Assembly (NCBI GenBank): GCA_934667475.1
Contig: CAKUMB010000001.1
Span: 279,397-343,396, forward strand
Direction of reading: 5' to 3'
Length of the DNA: 64,000 bases
Source: an uncultured Muribaculaceae bacterium
GTDB taxonomy: Bacteria > Bacteroidota > Bacteroidia > Bacteroidales > Muribaculaceae
Shown here: positions 47,467 through 56,408 of the stretch, in pieces
How the letters are laid out: the number at the start of each line of letters is the position of its first letter
Numbering within the stretch: position 1 is the first letter of the stretch
Notes under the pieces: model-generated
Database searches by the model: none
What the model was told of the DNA's origin: nothing
What the model saw: only the letters and a program-made list of their open reading frames with translations
Made by a program: the position numbers and the translations under genes

Positions 47467-47964
47467 ATGTTTCAACAAATCATTACCCTCAAGTGCAGAG
47501 TGAAAAACACCATCGGCTGGATTAAGCGCAACCGCGCCCTGCTCATTCTGCTCGTAATCATCCTCATCATGCTGGTGCTGGCCGCCTGCAGCCACGGCGA
47601 CACCATGCTGGCCGCAACCATGGTGGCCGGAGTGGCCGGCGGCAAGCATGTGGTGGGCGGCCCGCTCACCACCGACCTCGCCTCCAAGGGCAGCCCCGAC
47701 CTGCTGCTCAACGAAATCGACCGCCAGATAGTGAAAATCCGCCCCATGGCCACGCCCATCGACCAGCTTTCGCGCTGCGCCGGGGCCAAGCACTCGGGCA
47801 GCATGGTGGTGGACTACTACAATGTCGACACCAAGCCCACCCGCACCCGCACCGCGGCGGCCTACACCGCTCCCACCACCCAGGCTGCCAGCGCAAGCAC
47901 CAAGGTGGCAATATCGACTGACAACGACGAAATCTTCGATGCTTCCGACACTATTCTGGTGTAG
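47467..47964 (+). CDS. hypothetical membrane-anchored protein (upstream segment of an ORF interrupted by in-frame TAG)
   Basis: 165 aa with an N-terminal TM (ALLILLVIILIMLVLAAC). It ends at TAG 47962-47964. The same frame continues immediately into the 47968 ORF. Confidence 0.5.
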   Translation: MFQQIITLKCRVKNTIGWIKRNRALLILLVIILIMLVLAACSHGDTMLAATMVAGVAGGKHVVGGPLTTDLASKGSPDLLLNEIDRQIVKIRPMATPIDQLSRCAGAKHSGSMVVDYYNVDTKPTRTRTAAAYTAPTTQAASASTKVAISTDNDEIFDASDTILV

Positions 47965-47967
47965 GGT

Positions 47968-48879
47968 GTGCACGGCTATGAGCCCGACGGCGTCACGCCC
48001 AGCGACAAAGAGCTTATGCTGTATGTGGTGTCGCGCGACGAAACTGGCGGACTGGTGGTGCAGGCCGTGAATGGCAAAAACATCGACAAGGGTGTGAACT
48101 GCGTGCCCTCGATAGCCAAGGGGAGCACCCTGATTAGGATGGGGCGCGCGGCCAGCGAGCTCGATGTGATGTCGCCGCAGTTCGAGGCACTGCCCACCAA
48201 GGCGCAGAACTATTGCCAAATATTCAAAATGCAAATTGAACAGAGCACCCTCATGCGCATGGCCAACAAAGAGGTGCAGTGGAACATGAGCGACCAGGAG
48301 GAGGCCGCCATCTACGACATGCGACTGGGCATGGAAAAGAGCTTCCTTTTTGGCGTGAAGCGCTCGCTGTGGGACAATGTGCGCAAGCAGACGCTGCTGT
48401 TCACGGGCGGCATCTGGTACCAGGCCGGCAAGACGTGGAACTACGATGACTCGTCGCTGACGCAAGACAGCATCATCGACATGATGCGCGAGGCTTTCAC
48501 AGGCAACGCGGGCAGCAAGCGCAAAATCCTGATTGGCGGCTCGGGTCTCATTGGCCGGCTCAACAAGCTCGACTACAGCAAGGTGATAACCTCGCGCGAC
48601 ACCGTGAGCAAGTGGGGCATCGACTTCAATGAGCTGCGCTCGAAGTTTGGCACGCTTTATGTGATGCTGAGCGAGGTGTTCGACGAGTGCGGCATGGCCG
48701 ACAACGGCATAGTCATCGACCCCGAATATATGCAGAAGTACAGCCACGTGCCTTTCAGCACCGAGGCTCTCAACCTAAAGGCCAGCGGTGTGCGCAATGT
48801 CGACGCCCTAGTGCTCACCGAGGCCAGTTGCCTGGTGCTGCGCTACCCTAAGGCCCACATGCGCATCATCATGCAGTAG
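47968..48879 (+). CDS. hypothetical protein (downstream segment; GTG start directly after the amber codon, or readthrough/pseudogene)
   Basis: 303 aa in the same frame as 47467-47964. There is no ATG until about 48016. A hairpin terminator follows at 48931-48975. Confidence 0.55.
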   Translation: MHGYEPDGVTPSDKELMLYVVSRDETGGLVVQAVNGKNIDKGVNCVPSIAKGSTLIRMGRAASELDVMSPQFEALPTKAQNYCQIFKMQIEQSTLMRMANKEVQWNMSDQEEAAIYDMRLGMEKSFLFGVKRSLWDNVRKQTLLFTGGIWYQAGKTWNYDDSSLTQDSIIDMMREAFTGNAGSKRKILIGGSGLIGRLNKLDYSKVITSRDTVSKWGIDFNELRSKFGTLYVMLSEVFDECGMADNGIVIDPEYMQKYSHVPFSTEALNLKASGVRNVDALVLTEASCLVLRYPKAHMRIIMQ

Positions 48880-48930
48880 CCGGTCACCAGCGGCAGTCTA
48901 ATCCCGTAACCGAAAAAACTAAGCCAGCTT

Positions 48931-48975
48931 CAAAGCCCTCTCATCAATCGGGCTTTGAGGCTGGCCTCTTTCTTG
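48931..48975. terminator. hairpin between convergent genes 47968-48879(+) and 48993-50069(-)
   Basis: An 8-bp stem, CAAAGCCC (48931-48938) / GGGCTTTG (48950-48957), then a short second stem GAGGC..GCCTC and TTTCTT. Confidence 0.3.
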
Positions 48976-48992
48976 TCAGACAGGTGTGCGCG

Positions 48993-50069
48993 TCACTCCA
49001 TGTTCTGCTCAATCCACTGTTCGGGTTGCGGGTTGAAGCGTATTTTGCCGGGATCAATGGCCAGGCGATAGATTTCGCCGCGCTTGCCGGCTATCGCATA
49101 CGGGTTTTCGCCATTGGCTTCGGGCCACTTCACCGTGCGCGCCACAATGCGGTTGATTTTGCTCAGTGCCTGGTTGCGCAGTTCGGTGCTGCACATATAT
49201 TGCTCCACCTTTCGCATGGCTTCGGCCCGCGGGCAGTCTTTCAGACAACTGTAGATGGCGGCCAGCTCTCTGGAGTGGTCCACAAGGTCTTTGAGTCGCA
49301 CGCCCTCGGGGTGGCGCATGAAAAACATATACAGCATTTTCTGTATGCACGACATTTTCAGCTCCACCTCATCGTAGTCGGGCAGAATTATCTTGAAGTC
49401 GTTGTTCACCACAATGGGGCTTTCCATCGTGGGAGAGATTACTATTTTTCCTATAAGGGCTTTGCGAAGCTTTTCGGTGGGGTCGCTGTGGGTGCGCAAA
49501 ATGTATTCGGTAATCAGGCTGCGCAGCTGGTCTTCGAGCTTTTCATACTCCTCATCGATTTCATGCTCTTGAGCCATCTCTTGGTAGTCGCCATGTGGCG
49601 GCGCGGCGCAAAAGCTGAATCCCTTCTTCGAGCGGATTGGCGCATGGCTGTAGTCATAGTCGTCTATAAAAACAGCAAGCCTTCGTCGTAAATCGCTGTA
49701 GTCGACGATGTCATCGCATTGGTCCAGCCTGTCCACATACACCTCTTTGTCGCCGACCTGGGTGTCGAAAATGTCGGTGGATTGGGTCAGCAATTCTTCC
49801 GACAAACAATCAACCGCCGTCCCCATGGAGCCATGCAAGTGTCGCACGCGTATGCTCAGTTTGGCGTCGTGCCCTATGTTCACAACGTTGAAGCGCTTCG
49901 TCTCAACGCTTATGTCATAGTCTCTGGGCCGCTTGTCGACCACAATCTGTGGCTTGGCCTGCCCTAGCAGGGAGTCGCTGTGCAGGTGGCTGCGCAGCTC
50001 GTTGGCTATTCGCTCGCTGCTTACGCGTATGGTCACCGTTGGGTTTAGTGATTCGTTTGTCGTTGTCAT
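48993..50069 (-). CDS. hypothetical protein (partner of upstream vWA gene)
   Basis: 358 aa with no recognisable motifs. It is co-oriented with the vWA gene and 45 bp downstream of it. Confidence 0.55.
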   Translation of the reverse strand: MTTTNESLNPTVTIRVSSERIANELRSHLHSDSLLGQAKPQIVVDKRPRDYDISVETKRFNVVNIGHDAKLSIRVRHLHGSMGTAVDCLSEELLTQSTDIFDTQVGDKEVYVDRLDQCDDIVDYSDLRRRLAVFIDDYDYSHAPIRSKKGFSFCAAPPHGDYQEMAQEHEIDEEYEKLEDQLRSLITEYILRTHSDPTEKLRKALIGKIVISPTMESPIVVNNDFKIILPDYDEVELKMSCIQKMLYMFFMRHPEGVRLKDLVDHSRELAAIYSCLKDCPRAEAMRKVEQYMCSTELRNQALSKINRIVARTVKWPEANGENPYAIAGKRGEIYRLAIDPGKIRFNPQPEQWIEQNME

Positions 50070-50114
50070 AAAAGAAGCTGTAGTGTTATGCTTTGTTTGT
50101 GTTATATGCGGTTT

Positions 50115-50834
50115 TCAGCGCTTAAAGAATCGTTTGTTGCGTGAGCGCTTCTGCATTATCCTTTCTTCGTCGCTCATCGACTCGTCGAGCATGAAAGCAA
50201 CCTGGTCGTTGGTCCAATCTTTGCTGCAATAGCATAAGCGAACGGCCATGTCTTTTACACCCGATTCCGACTTTTCGAATTCAATCGCGTTGTCGATCGA
50301 GAGGCCGTAGGCCACGCTTTCCACATCGTGGTCGGCGCCCATGTAGGCAAACATCCATCCCTCATTTTTATACGCCTCGACAAGGGCTTTTATTGCCTTG
50401 CGTGAGAATTCTTTCGACGCATTCTCATATCCGTCGGTGATGATGGTCACCTGCACCAAGGCGTTTTTGTTGTCGCCCACTATTTCGTGAAGTCGTGTGA
50501 TGCTGTTGCCCATGGCGTCGTAGAGTGGCGTCATGCAGCATGGACGGTAGTCCTTCATCGCCAGTGGCTTGGCCTCTTCTACTGGTGTGTTGTCGTAAAT
50601 CGTCTGCAGTGAGCACCCGCAGAATGCCACAAGCGTCACCATCGATTTCTCGTTGGCCTTGTGGGTCTGCTGGCGTGCGCGAATGCTGCCAATGGTTTCA
50701 TTCACTGCATCCACGGCATATTTGCGAATGCTGCCCATCGACCCGCTGCGGTCAAGAATGATGAGGTTGTAGTTGGTGATCACTTTTTCCTCTGCGGCTT
50801 TGCTGCCTGCTGCTGTGTTGTTGTTCTCGTTCAT
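50115..50834 (-). CDS. von Willebrand factor type A (vWA) domain protein, TerY-like size
   Basis: 239 aa. It has a canonical MIDAS (LIILDRSGSMGS), with the downstream T and D residues conserved (ITDGYEN). Confidence 0.8.
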   Translation of the reverse strand: MNENNNTAAGSKAAEEKVITNYNLIILDRSGSMGSIRKYAVDAVNETIGSIRARQQTHKANEKSMVTLVAFCGCSLQTIYDNTPVEEAKPLAMKDYRPCCMTPLYDAMGNSITRLHEIVGDNKNALVQVTIITDGYENASKEFSRKAIKALVEAYKNEGWMFAYMGADHDVESVAYGLSIDNAIEFEKSESGVKDMAVRLCYCSKDWTNDQVAFMLDESMSDEERIMQKRSRNKRFFKR

Positions 50835-51041
50835 TTCAGTCGTGTTTTAATTAGAGTTAAAGTTAACTAAGACTGGTCGTCAATAGTTTTGTGAAGTTCA
50901 CGTTGCAAAGTTACGCTGCCCATCACCTGGCGTGCATTTTTTGCAACCTTGCAAAGGCCTGTGTTTTGGTTTCTGTGCAAATAACGTGCCAGAATGGCAT
51001 GATGTTGTATGAGACTATGATAAAATGTGAAAAATATGTGC

Positions 51042-51049
51042 TAACTTTG
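51042..51049 (+). promoter_or_regulatory. candidate -7 promoter motif TAacTTTG upstream of GH20 gene
   Basis: TAACTTTG at 51042-51049, about 39 bp upstream of ATG 51088, in an AT-rich intergenic region. Confidence 0.3.
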
Positions 51050-51087
51050 CTATATTCATTAATAAAAACTAATATGCATATTAACTA

Positions 51088-52740
51088 ATGAATAAGTTTC
51101 TGCGCTTAACTGCTGTTGCGGTGATGGCCGCCATGGGCATGTGTGCAGCCATGGCCACCGACTACTACGCCCGCCGAATCACCGAAATCATTCCGCAGCC
51201 CGTGGCCTGCGACATCGACACCGCCGCACCGCCATTCGAGCTGTCGCGCTCCACCTTGGTCTACTGTGCCGGCCGTGGGGCTGAGACCAGTGCCCGCTAT
51301 TTGGCCGACTACACGTCGCGCTATTTGGGTCTGCCCATAGGCATTGTGCAAAAATCGCCGATGAAACCGTGCATTTCGCTCATCAACCGCAATAATCACG
51401 GCACCCCTGGCGGCTATTCGCTCACCATCGACCCCGACATGGGCGTGGTGGTTGACGGCAACGACGAGCAAGGCGTGTTCTATGGTGTGCAGACGCTGAT
51501 TCAGCTGCTGCCGACGCGTGCTGGGGTGGTGCCTGCACTGCCGGCGGCGCGCATATCCGACTATCCTCGCTTTGCCTACCGGGGAATGCACCTCGATGTG
51601 GTGCGCCACTTCTTTCCCGTGGAGTTTGTGAAGCGCTACATTGACTGGCTTGCACTGCACAAGATGAACTACTTCCACTGGCACCTCACCGACGACCAGG
51701 GCTGGCGCATCGAGCTTAAGAGCCACCCCGAACTCACCGCCAGCGCTTCGCAGCGCGCGGGCGAAATCGAGGGCGTGTTTCCCGGCCGCTACAGGCCGCT
51801 GCCCTATGGCGGATACTACACCCAGCAGCAAATAAAGGAGGTGGTCGACTATGCGGCCAGCCGCTATGTGACCGTGGTGCCCGAAATCGACGTGCCCGGC
51901 CACTGCATGGCTGTGCTTGCCGCGCATCCCGAGTTCAGCACCACTCCGCAACTTCCAAAGGCCACAGCGCAAACGTGGGGGATCTACAACCGCCAGAACA
52001 ATGTGCTTGCGCCCACTCCCGAAGTATTTAAGTTCCTCTCCGATGTGTTCAACGAGGTGTGCAGCCTGTTTCCCGGCCAATACATACACGCTGGTGGCGA
52101 CGAGTGCGCTCCGCGGTGGTGGAAGGAGAGCGAACTCACGCAGCAGTTTATAAAAGACCACGGATTAATCGACGAAAACGGCCTTCAGCGCTATTTCATG
52201 GACTACGTGAAGCGCATAGTCAACTCACACGGCAAGACCATGATAGGGTGGAACGGAGGCATTGAGCAGTGCGACAGTGCCGGAGCGGTGGTGATGAACT
52301 GGCATCACCGCTCGGGTGTGAGCGCTAAAAAGCTCACACCCGGCCACCGCACCATCGTGGCCCCCGGCCGCTGGTTTTACTTCGATTACATCGAAGATTC
52401 CACGCAGCAAATGGTGATGTCGGGCCGCCAGCAACTGCTCACGGTGAAAATGGTGTATGACTTCAACATAGTGCCCGACTCGGCCACGGCCAGCCAGGCC
52501 CAGCTCATAATTGGCGCCGAGGGCTGCATGTGGACCGAGTATGCCCCGGCACCGTGGAAGGTGGAGACGCTGGTGTTTCCCCGCCTGGCCGCACTGTGCG
52601 AGAATGTGTGGAGCCAGCGCCGCGACTGGGACGACTTCAAGCGCCGCCTGGTGCGTCAGAGCGAGCGCTACGACCTGTGGGGCATACGCTACAATCCGGC
52701 CGTGTTTCATGCCGAGCCAGCCGACCCGCGCTATCGCTGA
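51088..52740 (+). CDS. beta-N-acetylhexosaminidase (GH20)
   Basis: 550 aa with a signal peptide. The GH20 catalytic region is HLDVVRHFF...HWHLTDDQGWRIE, and the catalytic D-E pair is in GGDE. A TAacTTTG -7 motif lies upstream. Confidence 0.9.
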   Translation: MNKFLRLTAVAVMAAMGMCAAMATDYYARRITEIIPQPVACDIDTAAPPFELSRSTLVYCAGRGAETSARYLADYTSRYLGLPIGIVQKSPMKPCISLINRNNHGTPGGYSLTIDPDMGVVVDGNDEQGVFYGVQTLIQLLPTRAGVVPALPAARISDYPRFAYRGMHLDVVRHFFPVEFVKRYIDWLALHKMNYFHWHLTDDQGWRIELKSHPELTASASQRAGEIEGVFPGRYRPLPYGGYYTQQQIKEVVDYAASRYVTVVPEIDVPGHCMAVLAAHPEFSTTPQLPKATAQTWGIYNRQNNVLAPTPEVFKFLSDVFNEVCSLFPGQYIHAGGDECAPRWWKESELTQQFIKDHGLIDENGLQRYFMDYVKRIVNSHGKTMIGWNGGIEQCDSAGAVVMNWHHRSGVSAKKLTPGHRTIVAPGRWFYFDYIEDSTQQMVMSGRQQLLTVKMVYDFNIVPDSATASQAQLIIGAEGCMWTEYAPAPWKVETLVFPRLAALCENVWSQRRDWDDFKRRLVRQSERYDLWGIRYNPAVFHAEPADPRYR

Positions 52741-52899
52741 GAGGCACGGGTGCAACTGTTTTGTGCCGGTGCAGCGTCGAATAATTAAGTGTCTGGTGGT
52801 CGCGTTTGCTTTTTTTAACGCCAAATCAAATCCCGCACCGCACTTTATCGATAAATTTGCTATTTAATATATAGTATGCAACACAATTCGGCAATCAAG

Positions 52900-54363
52900 A
52901 TGAAATCAACATTGCGACTTTTGACTATTGCGGCCGTGGCTCTGATGGCTCTGCTGGGCGCCACTGCGTGCGGCGGACGCGGCGGCGCACTCGACAAGGC
53001 CATCCGTTCGGCCATGATTAGCGGCGACACCACCCGCAAGGCCTACGATGGCATTTGCCAGCTGATAAAGGACAACCCCGACAAGTATGCCGCCTATCTC
53101 ACCGACGGTGGGCAAATCAACGTTGAAGAGCTGGCCAAGAAAGTGACTGAGGTGGGCCACAGCCTGCGTCCGCCTGTCGACTGGGACATAACCCGCTATG
53201 GCGCAGCCAGCCTCACACTCACGGTGTATTTCGAGCGCAGCGGCTCAATGGTGCCCTACGATAGCCGCTCGGGAGGCGGCCAGCTGAAGGCGGCCGTCAA
53301 CGACCTGATTAACGCCTTCCCGTCGCACTCGGCTGTGAAAATCAACATAGTGAACGATAACATATATCCCTACAGCGGCACCGTCGATTCGTTTCTGCAA
53401 GACCGCGACATCTATGCCAGCACCGCCGGCACGGGCGATGCCAGCCACACCGACTTCAAGCTGATTTTCGACAAAATCATCAGTGCCCAGCCGGCCAACA
53501 ATGTGAGCATCCTGGTGACCGACATGATTTATTCGCCTGCCGACACCCACGATGTGAGCGTGGAGAAAATATTTCACGAGGAAAATGGCGTGGCCGCATC
53601 TATATTCCGCAACCACAATGGCAAGTCGGTGATAGTGAGCCAGCTGATGGGTGACTACGACGGCAAGTATTACCCTTACAACGGCCAGCCGTTTGACTAC
53701 CACGGCAAGCGTCCCTTCTACCTTATTGTGATAGCCGACGCCAAGACCATCGACCAGATGGCTGCCGACCCGGCGTATGCTGCCGTGGTGCATCCTGCCG
53801 CTGCTGTCAACACCTATCGCTTCAACCAAGGCGAGGCCCAGGTGGCCTTCAAGGTGATACCCGACTGGAAGGACAATGCCGGCCGCTTCCGCGTGTCGCA
53901 CGACGATCCGCACTTGCTCACCGGCTGCACCCCTGACCGCACCACGGGCAAGCTGCGCTTCAGCCTGGCCGCCAACCTTGGTGCGCTGCAAAAGGATGCT
54001 GCGTTTTTTGCCAACGGGTCGCACTTCGCAGTGCGCTCGCTCAATGGCTTCGACGTTGCAGTCAGGCCCATCGGACAGTCCGACCTCAGTGCCAACAACA
54101 AAGCCTACCTCGACGGCATGACACACATAATCACCCTCACGGGAAAGATGACCTCGCCGCAAGACGATGTGACTATTTCCATCGACAACGACTTTCCGCA
54201 GTGGATAACGGCCTCTACGGCCACCGACGACACCAATCCCTCGGCGTCTGGCTTCGCCACCACCACGTTTGGCCTCGACAGCTTTATGCGCGGTATCTAC
54301 AGCGCGTTTGCTGGTGGCAACACCCGCTACTACACCAAAATTGAACTGAAACTGAAAAATTAA
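52900..54363 (+). CDS. vWA-like domain lipoprotein (divergent MIDAS ExSGS)
   Basis: About 487 aa with a lipoprotein signal (LLGATAC). LTLTVYFERSGSMVPY resembles the vWA beta1-MIDAS segment, with E in place of D. It is the first gene of the tight seven-gene operon. The ORF track starts at 52876. Confidence 0.65.
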   Translation: MKSTLRLLTIAAVALMALLGATACGGRGGALDKAIRSAMISGDTTRKAYDGICQLIKDNPDKYAAYLTDGGQINVEELAKKVTEVGHSLRPPVDWDITRYGAASLTLTVYFERSGSMVPYDSRSGGGQLKAAVNDLINAFPSHSAVKINIVNDNIYPYSGTVDSFLQDRDIYASTAGTGDASHTDFKLIFDKIISAQPANNVSILVTDMIYSPADTHDVSVEKIFHEENGVAASIFRNHNGKSVIVSQLMGDYDGKYYPYNGQPFDYHGKRPFYLIVIADAKTIDQMAADPAYAAVVHPAAAVNTYRFNQGEAQVAFKVIPDWKDNAGRFRVSHDDPHLLTGCTPDRTTGKLRFSLAANLGALQKDAAFFANGSHFAVRSLNGFDVAVRPIGQSDLSANNKAYLDGMTHIITLTGKMTSPQDDVTISIDNDFPQWITASTATDDTNPSASGFATTTFGLDSFMRGIYSAFAGGNTRYYTKIELKLKN

Positions 54364-54375
54364 CATCAAACGAAT

Positions 54376-54825
54376 ATGCAAAAAGACACAATCTATCTCA
54401 CAGCCGGCATTGTGGTCACAGTGCTGTTCTGGCTGCTGCGCGTGCAGCTGATTGAACTGGTGTACACTGCCCCTGGCTATAGCGACAACATGTATAACCT
54501 GGGCATCTACGACACCGTGGCCATGGTAATCACCGCCGTGGCGTGGGTGGGCGCAGGCATTTACTATTATGTGATTAATTCAGTCCGCTTTGACCGCTGG
54601 TGGCATTGGCTGGCTGTGCTGGCCGTGGTGGCCGTGCTCACTCCAGTGGTGTGCTACAGTGTCAACACCAGCGTGTTCAGCGACAACGGCGGCATCAGCT
54701 ATCCCGCCGAGACGGCCGCGTTCCAAACGGCCACGGTGCTCTACTCGGTGCTGATGTTTGTGGTGGCGTCATTCTCCATTCGCTGGTGGAGCAGCAACTG
54801 CCGCCACACCCCAATACCGCAATAA
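54376..54825 (+). CDS. small polytopic membrane protein (4 predicted TM)
   Basis: 149 aa with four hydrophobic segments. Separated by 12 bp from the previous gene. Confidence 0.6.
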   Translation: MQKDTIYLTAGIVVTVLFWLLRVQLIELVYTAPGYSDNMYNLGIYDTVAMVITAVAWVGAGIYYYVINSVRFDRWWHWLAVLAVVAVLTPVVCYSVNTSVFSDNGGISYPAETAAFQTATVLYSVLMFVVASFSIRWWSSNCRHTPIPQ

Positions 54826-54864
54826 CCCCGTTAATAAGAAAATCCTCACAATAGAGAGAAAGCA

Positions 54865-56397
54865 ATGAGACTATTCATATTTGCAATAGGCGGCACCGGC
54901 TCAAGGGTGCTGAAGTCGCTGCTGATGCTGTCGGCCGCTGGTGTGCGCCCGGTTGGCCCCGACGGCAAACCGGTGCCCAATCTCGAACTGGTGCCCATCA
55001 TCATCGACCCCCACAAGAGCAACGCCGACCTCAAGCGCACCGAAACGCTGCTGAGCGCCTACCGCATGCTGCGCCGCCAAATTCATGGCGACGAGGTGAA
55101 CGCCAGCGGCTTTTTCGCCGCCAAGATATCCACTTTGCGCGACATCATGCAGGGCTCGCCCGTGCCGCTCGACGACTCGTTTATATTCAACATGGCCGCC
55201 GTGGGCAGCAAGAAGTTCCGCGACTTCATTTCCTACGACACCATGAATGAGCCCAACCAGGCGCTCACCTCGCTGCTCTTCGCCGACTATCAGCTTGAGA
55301 ACAAAATGAGCATCGGCTTCGTGGGCTCGCCCAACATAGGCAGTGTGGCGCTCAACGGCATAAAGGACAGCAACGAGTTTAAGGCGTTTACCAGCGTCTT
55401 TGCCGACGGCGACCGCATATTCTTCATAAGCTCGATATTCGGTGGCACTGGCGCAGCCGGTTTCCCCATATTGGTGAAAAACATACGCCAGGCTGCTGGC
55501 GCCGACATCAAAAACCGCGCCTTCCTGCAGACGGCCCCCATAGGCGGCCTCACTATGCTGCCCTATTTCAGCCTGATGCAGAGCGACGACAGCAGCGACC
55601 GCCGCATTGCCAGCAGCGACTTCATAGTGAAAACCCAGTCGGCGCTGGAATACTACAACCAAACCATCACGGGCGACAGCGGCAGTCAGGTGAACGCCAT
55701 CTACTACCTCGGCGACCACGGCCACGACGCCCCCTACAAATATGATCCGGGCGACAAGCAGGACCAGCACGACCCGGCCCACCTGGTGGAGTTGGTGGGC
55801 GCACTGGCCCCGCTCAACTTTGCCGGCCTGCCCGCCGACCAGCTTGTTGACCCCGTCACACGCGCGCCGCTACCCACCAAGGCCTTTGAGTATGGCCTCG
55901 ACGACGACACCGACGACGTGTGCTTTGCCTCGTTGGGCAAGCAGACGCGCGACCTGGTGTATGAGAGCATGGTGAAGTTTCACCTGCTGTTCATATTCCT
56001 GCGCACGGGCTTCAGCGGCATGATAGGGCAGGGCTTCACCGAAGACGCACCCAAAATCACGCGCGACTTCACCGCCACGCAGTTCTACCGCACCCTCACC
56101 GACTCGTTTTTTGGCGGCTACACCGAGTGGCTGAGCGAGCTCAAGTTCAACCGCCGCCACGTGGAGCCGTTCTGCAGCGGCGTGTTCGACATGACCAGCG
56201 CCATCAAGGGCGTGCACACACGCAAGGGCTTCTTCGGTGCCAAAACGGTGAACTGCGACACCTTTAAGAGCGAGATGAACAAGCTTAGCCGCGACAATCA
56301 CGACTACGCGGGCCGCACGCTGGAGTTCAAACTCATGGATTTGTTTAACAAGGCCGCAGCCAAGATAATTGCCGAGCGCTACGACAACATCAACTAA
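54865..56397 (+). CDS. FtsZ/tubulin-superfamily GTPase-like protein (divergent; Tubulin_2/FtsZl-like)
   Basis: 510 aa. The N-terminus has a T1-like glycine loop (MRLFIFAIGGTGSRV). A T4-like signature (RIFFISSIFGGTGAAGFPILVKNI) follows about 185 aa later and is comparable to FtsZ FIAAGMGGGTGTGAAP. A long C-terminal extension is present. It is not the canonical ftsZ. Confidence 0.72.
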   Translation: MRLFIFAIGGTGSRVLKSLLMLSAAGVRPVGPDGKPVPNLELVPIIIDPHKSNADLKRTETLLSAYRMLRRQIHGDEVNASGFFAAKISTLRDIMQGSPVPLDDSFIFNMAAVGSKKFRDFISYDTMNEPNQALTSLLFADYQLENKMSIGFVGSPNIGSVALNGIKDSNEFKAFTSVFADGDRIFFISSIFGGTGAAGFPILVKNIRQAAGADIKNRAFLQTAPIGGLTMLPYFSLMQSDDSSDRRIASSDFIVKTQSALEYYNQTITGDSGSQVNAIYYLGDHGHDAPYKYDPGDKQDQHDPAHLVELVGALAPLNFAGLPADQLVDPVTRAPLPTKAFEYGLDDDTDDVCFASLGKQTRDLVYESMVKFHLLFIFLRTGFSGMIGQGFTEDAPKITRDFTATQFYRTLTDSFFGGYTEWLSELKFNRRHVEPFCSGVFDMTSAIKGVHTRKGFFGAKTVNCDTFKSEMNKLSRDNHDYAGRTLEFKLMDLFNKAAAKIIAERYDNIN

Positions 56398-56408
56398 CCA
56401 CTTCTGCA

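Noticed and set aside
47043-50834. Possible prophage remnant (acidic small protein, membrane/'capsid-like' large ORF, vWA)
   Set aside because: The region has no integrase, terminase, portal or tail genes, no att-like repeats that I could see, and normal GC content. Any resemblance of 47968-48879 to capsid proteins is not supported by a motif I can name.
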